Assembly (NCBI GenBank): GCA_963771355.1 | Contig: CAVYTA010000005.1 | Coordinates: 896,001 to 960,000, forward strand | Direction of reading: 5' to 3' | Length of the DNA stretch: 64,000 nucleotides | Origin: an uncultured Candidatus Rokubacteria bacterium | Lineage (GTDB): Bacteria > Methylomirabilota > Methylomirabilia > Rokubacteriales > CSP1-6 | In this document: positions 63,807 through 64,000 of the stretch, piece by piece | How positions within the stretch are numbered: the stretch's first letter is position 1 | Layout: every line of letters begins with the position of its first letter | Position numbers and translations under genes: made by a program | The notes under the pieces: generated by a model | Told to the model about the DNA's origin: nothing | Databases searched by the model: none | What the model saw: only the letters and a program-made list of their open reading frames with translations

Positions 63807-64000
63807 TTACGGCAGGAGATCCGCCACGCGGATCCGCGCAGCGGGCGCGGCGACCGGCGCGACGGTCTCGTCGCGTCCGAGGGAATGGACTTCCTGGTAA
63901 CGCCATCCCGCCGCCGTCTCGGGCGTCGCCACGGGCTCGCGGTGCACCTCCAGGGTTCCCTCGACCAGGTTGACGATCCAGTAATCCCGAATGCCCGCCC
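63807..64000 (-). CDS. Uma2 family (PD-(D/E)XK) endonuclease, 3' part
   Basis: Hand translation ...AGIRDYWIVNLVEGTLEVHREP...IRVADLLP*. Confidence 0.85.
   Translation of the reverse strand, partial: AGIRDYWIVNLVEGTLEVHREPVATPETAAGWRYQEVHSLGRDETVAPVAAPAARIRVADLLP

Noticed and set aside
63807..64000. Uma2 gene as part of a defence system
   Set aside because: Partial gene from a commonly expanded family; no partner genes are visible in the window.

Overview
A very GC-rich bacterial chromosomal segment of about 55 genes, mostly for organic-acid and fatty-acid uptake and catabolism. Gene content and intergenic repeats suggest Ca. Rokubacteria/Methylomirabilota, but that is inference only. Contents in order: a ThDP enzyme with a TAXI-TRAP transporter, family III CoA-transferases with TctCBA, two tandem acyl-CoA synthetase/Liv-type ABC modules with beta-oxidation genes, tal, an ECF sigma/MGMT-Ada/2OG-oxygenase operon, a fatty acyl-AMP ligase-like cluster, uvrA and pyk. 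No rRNA, tRNA, CRISPR array or transposase was seen. Highlights: (1) a putative oxylipin operon at 36-44.4 kb: lipoprotein heme fatty-acid dioxygenase, atypical lipoxygenase, MetE-like/SAM-methyltransferase fusion, amidohydrolase and binding protein; (2) a UxxC selenoprotein candidate (glutaredoxin-DinB fusion) whose N-terminus the ORF track misses, with a SECIS-like hairpin; (3) two families of structured repeats built from tandem G.A pairs (family A also has GNA triloops), showing covariation, with family A entering coding sequence; (4) recurrent leaderless-type -10 boxes. Several single-base frameshifts are probably assembly errors.
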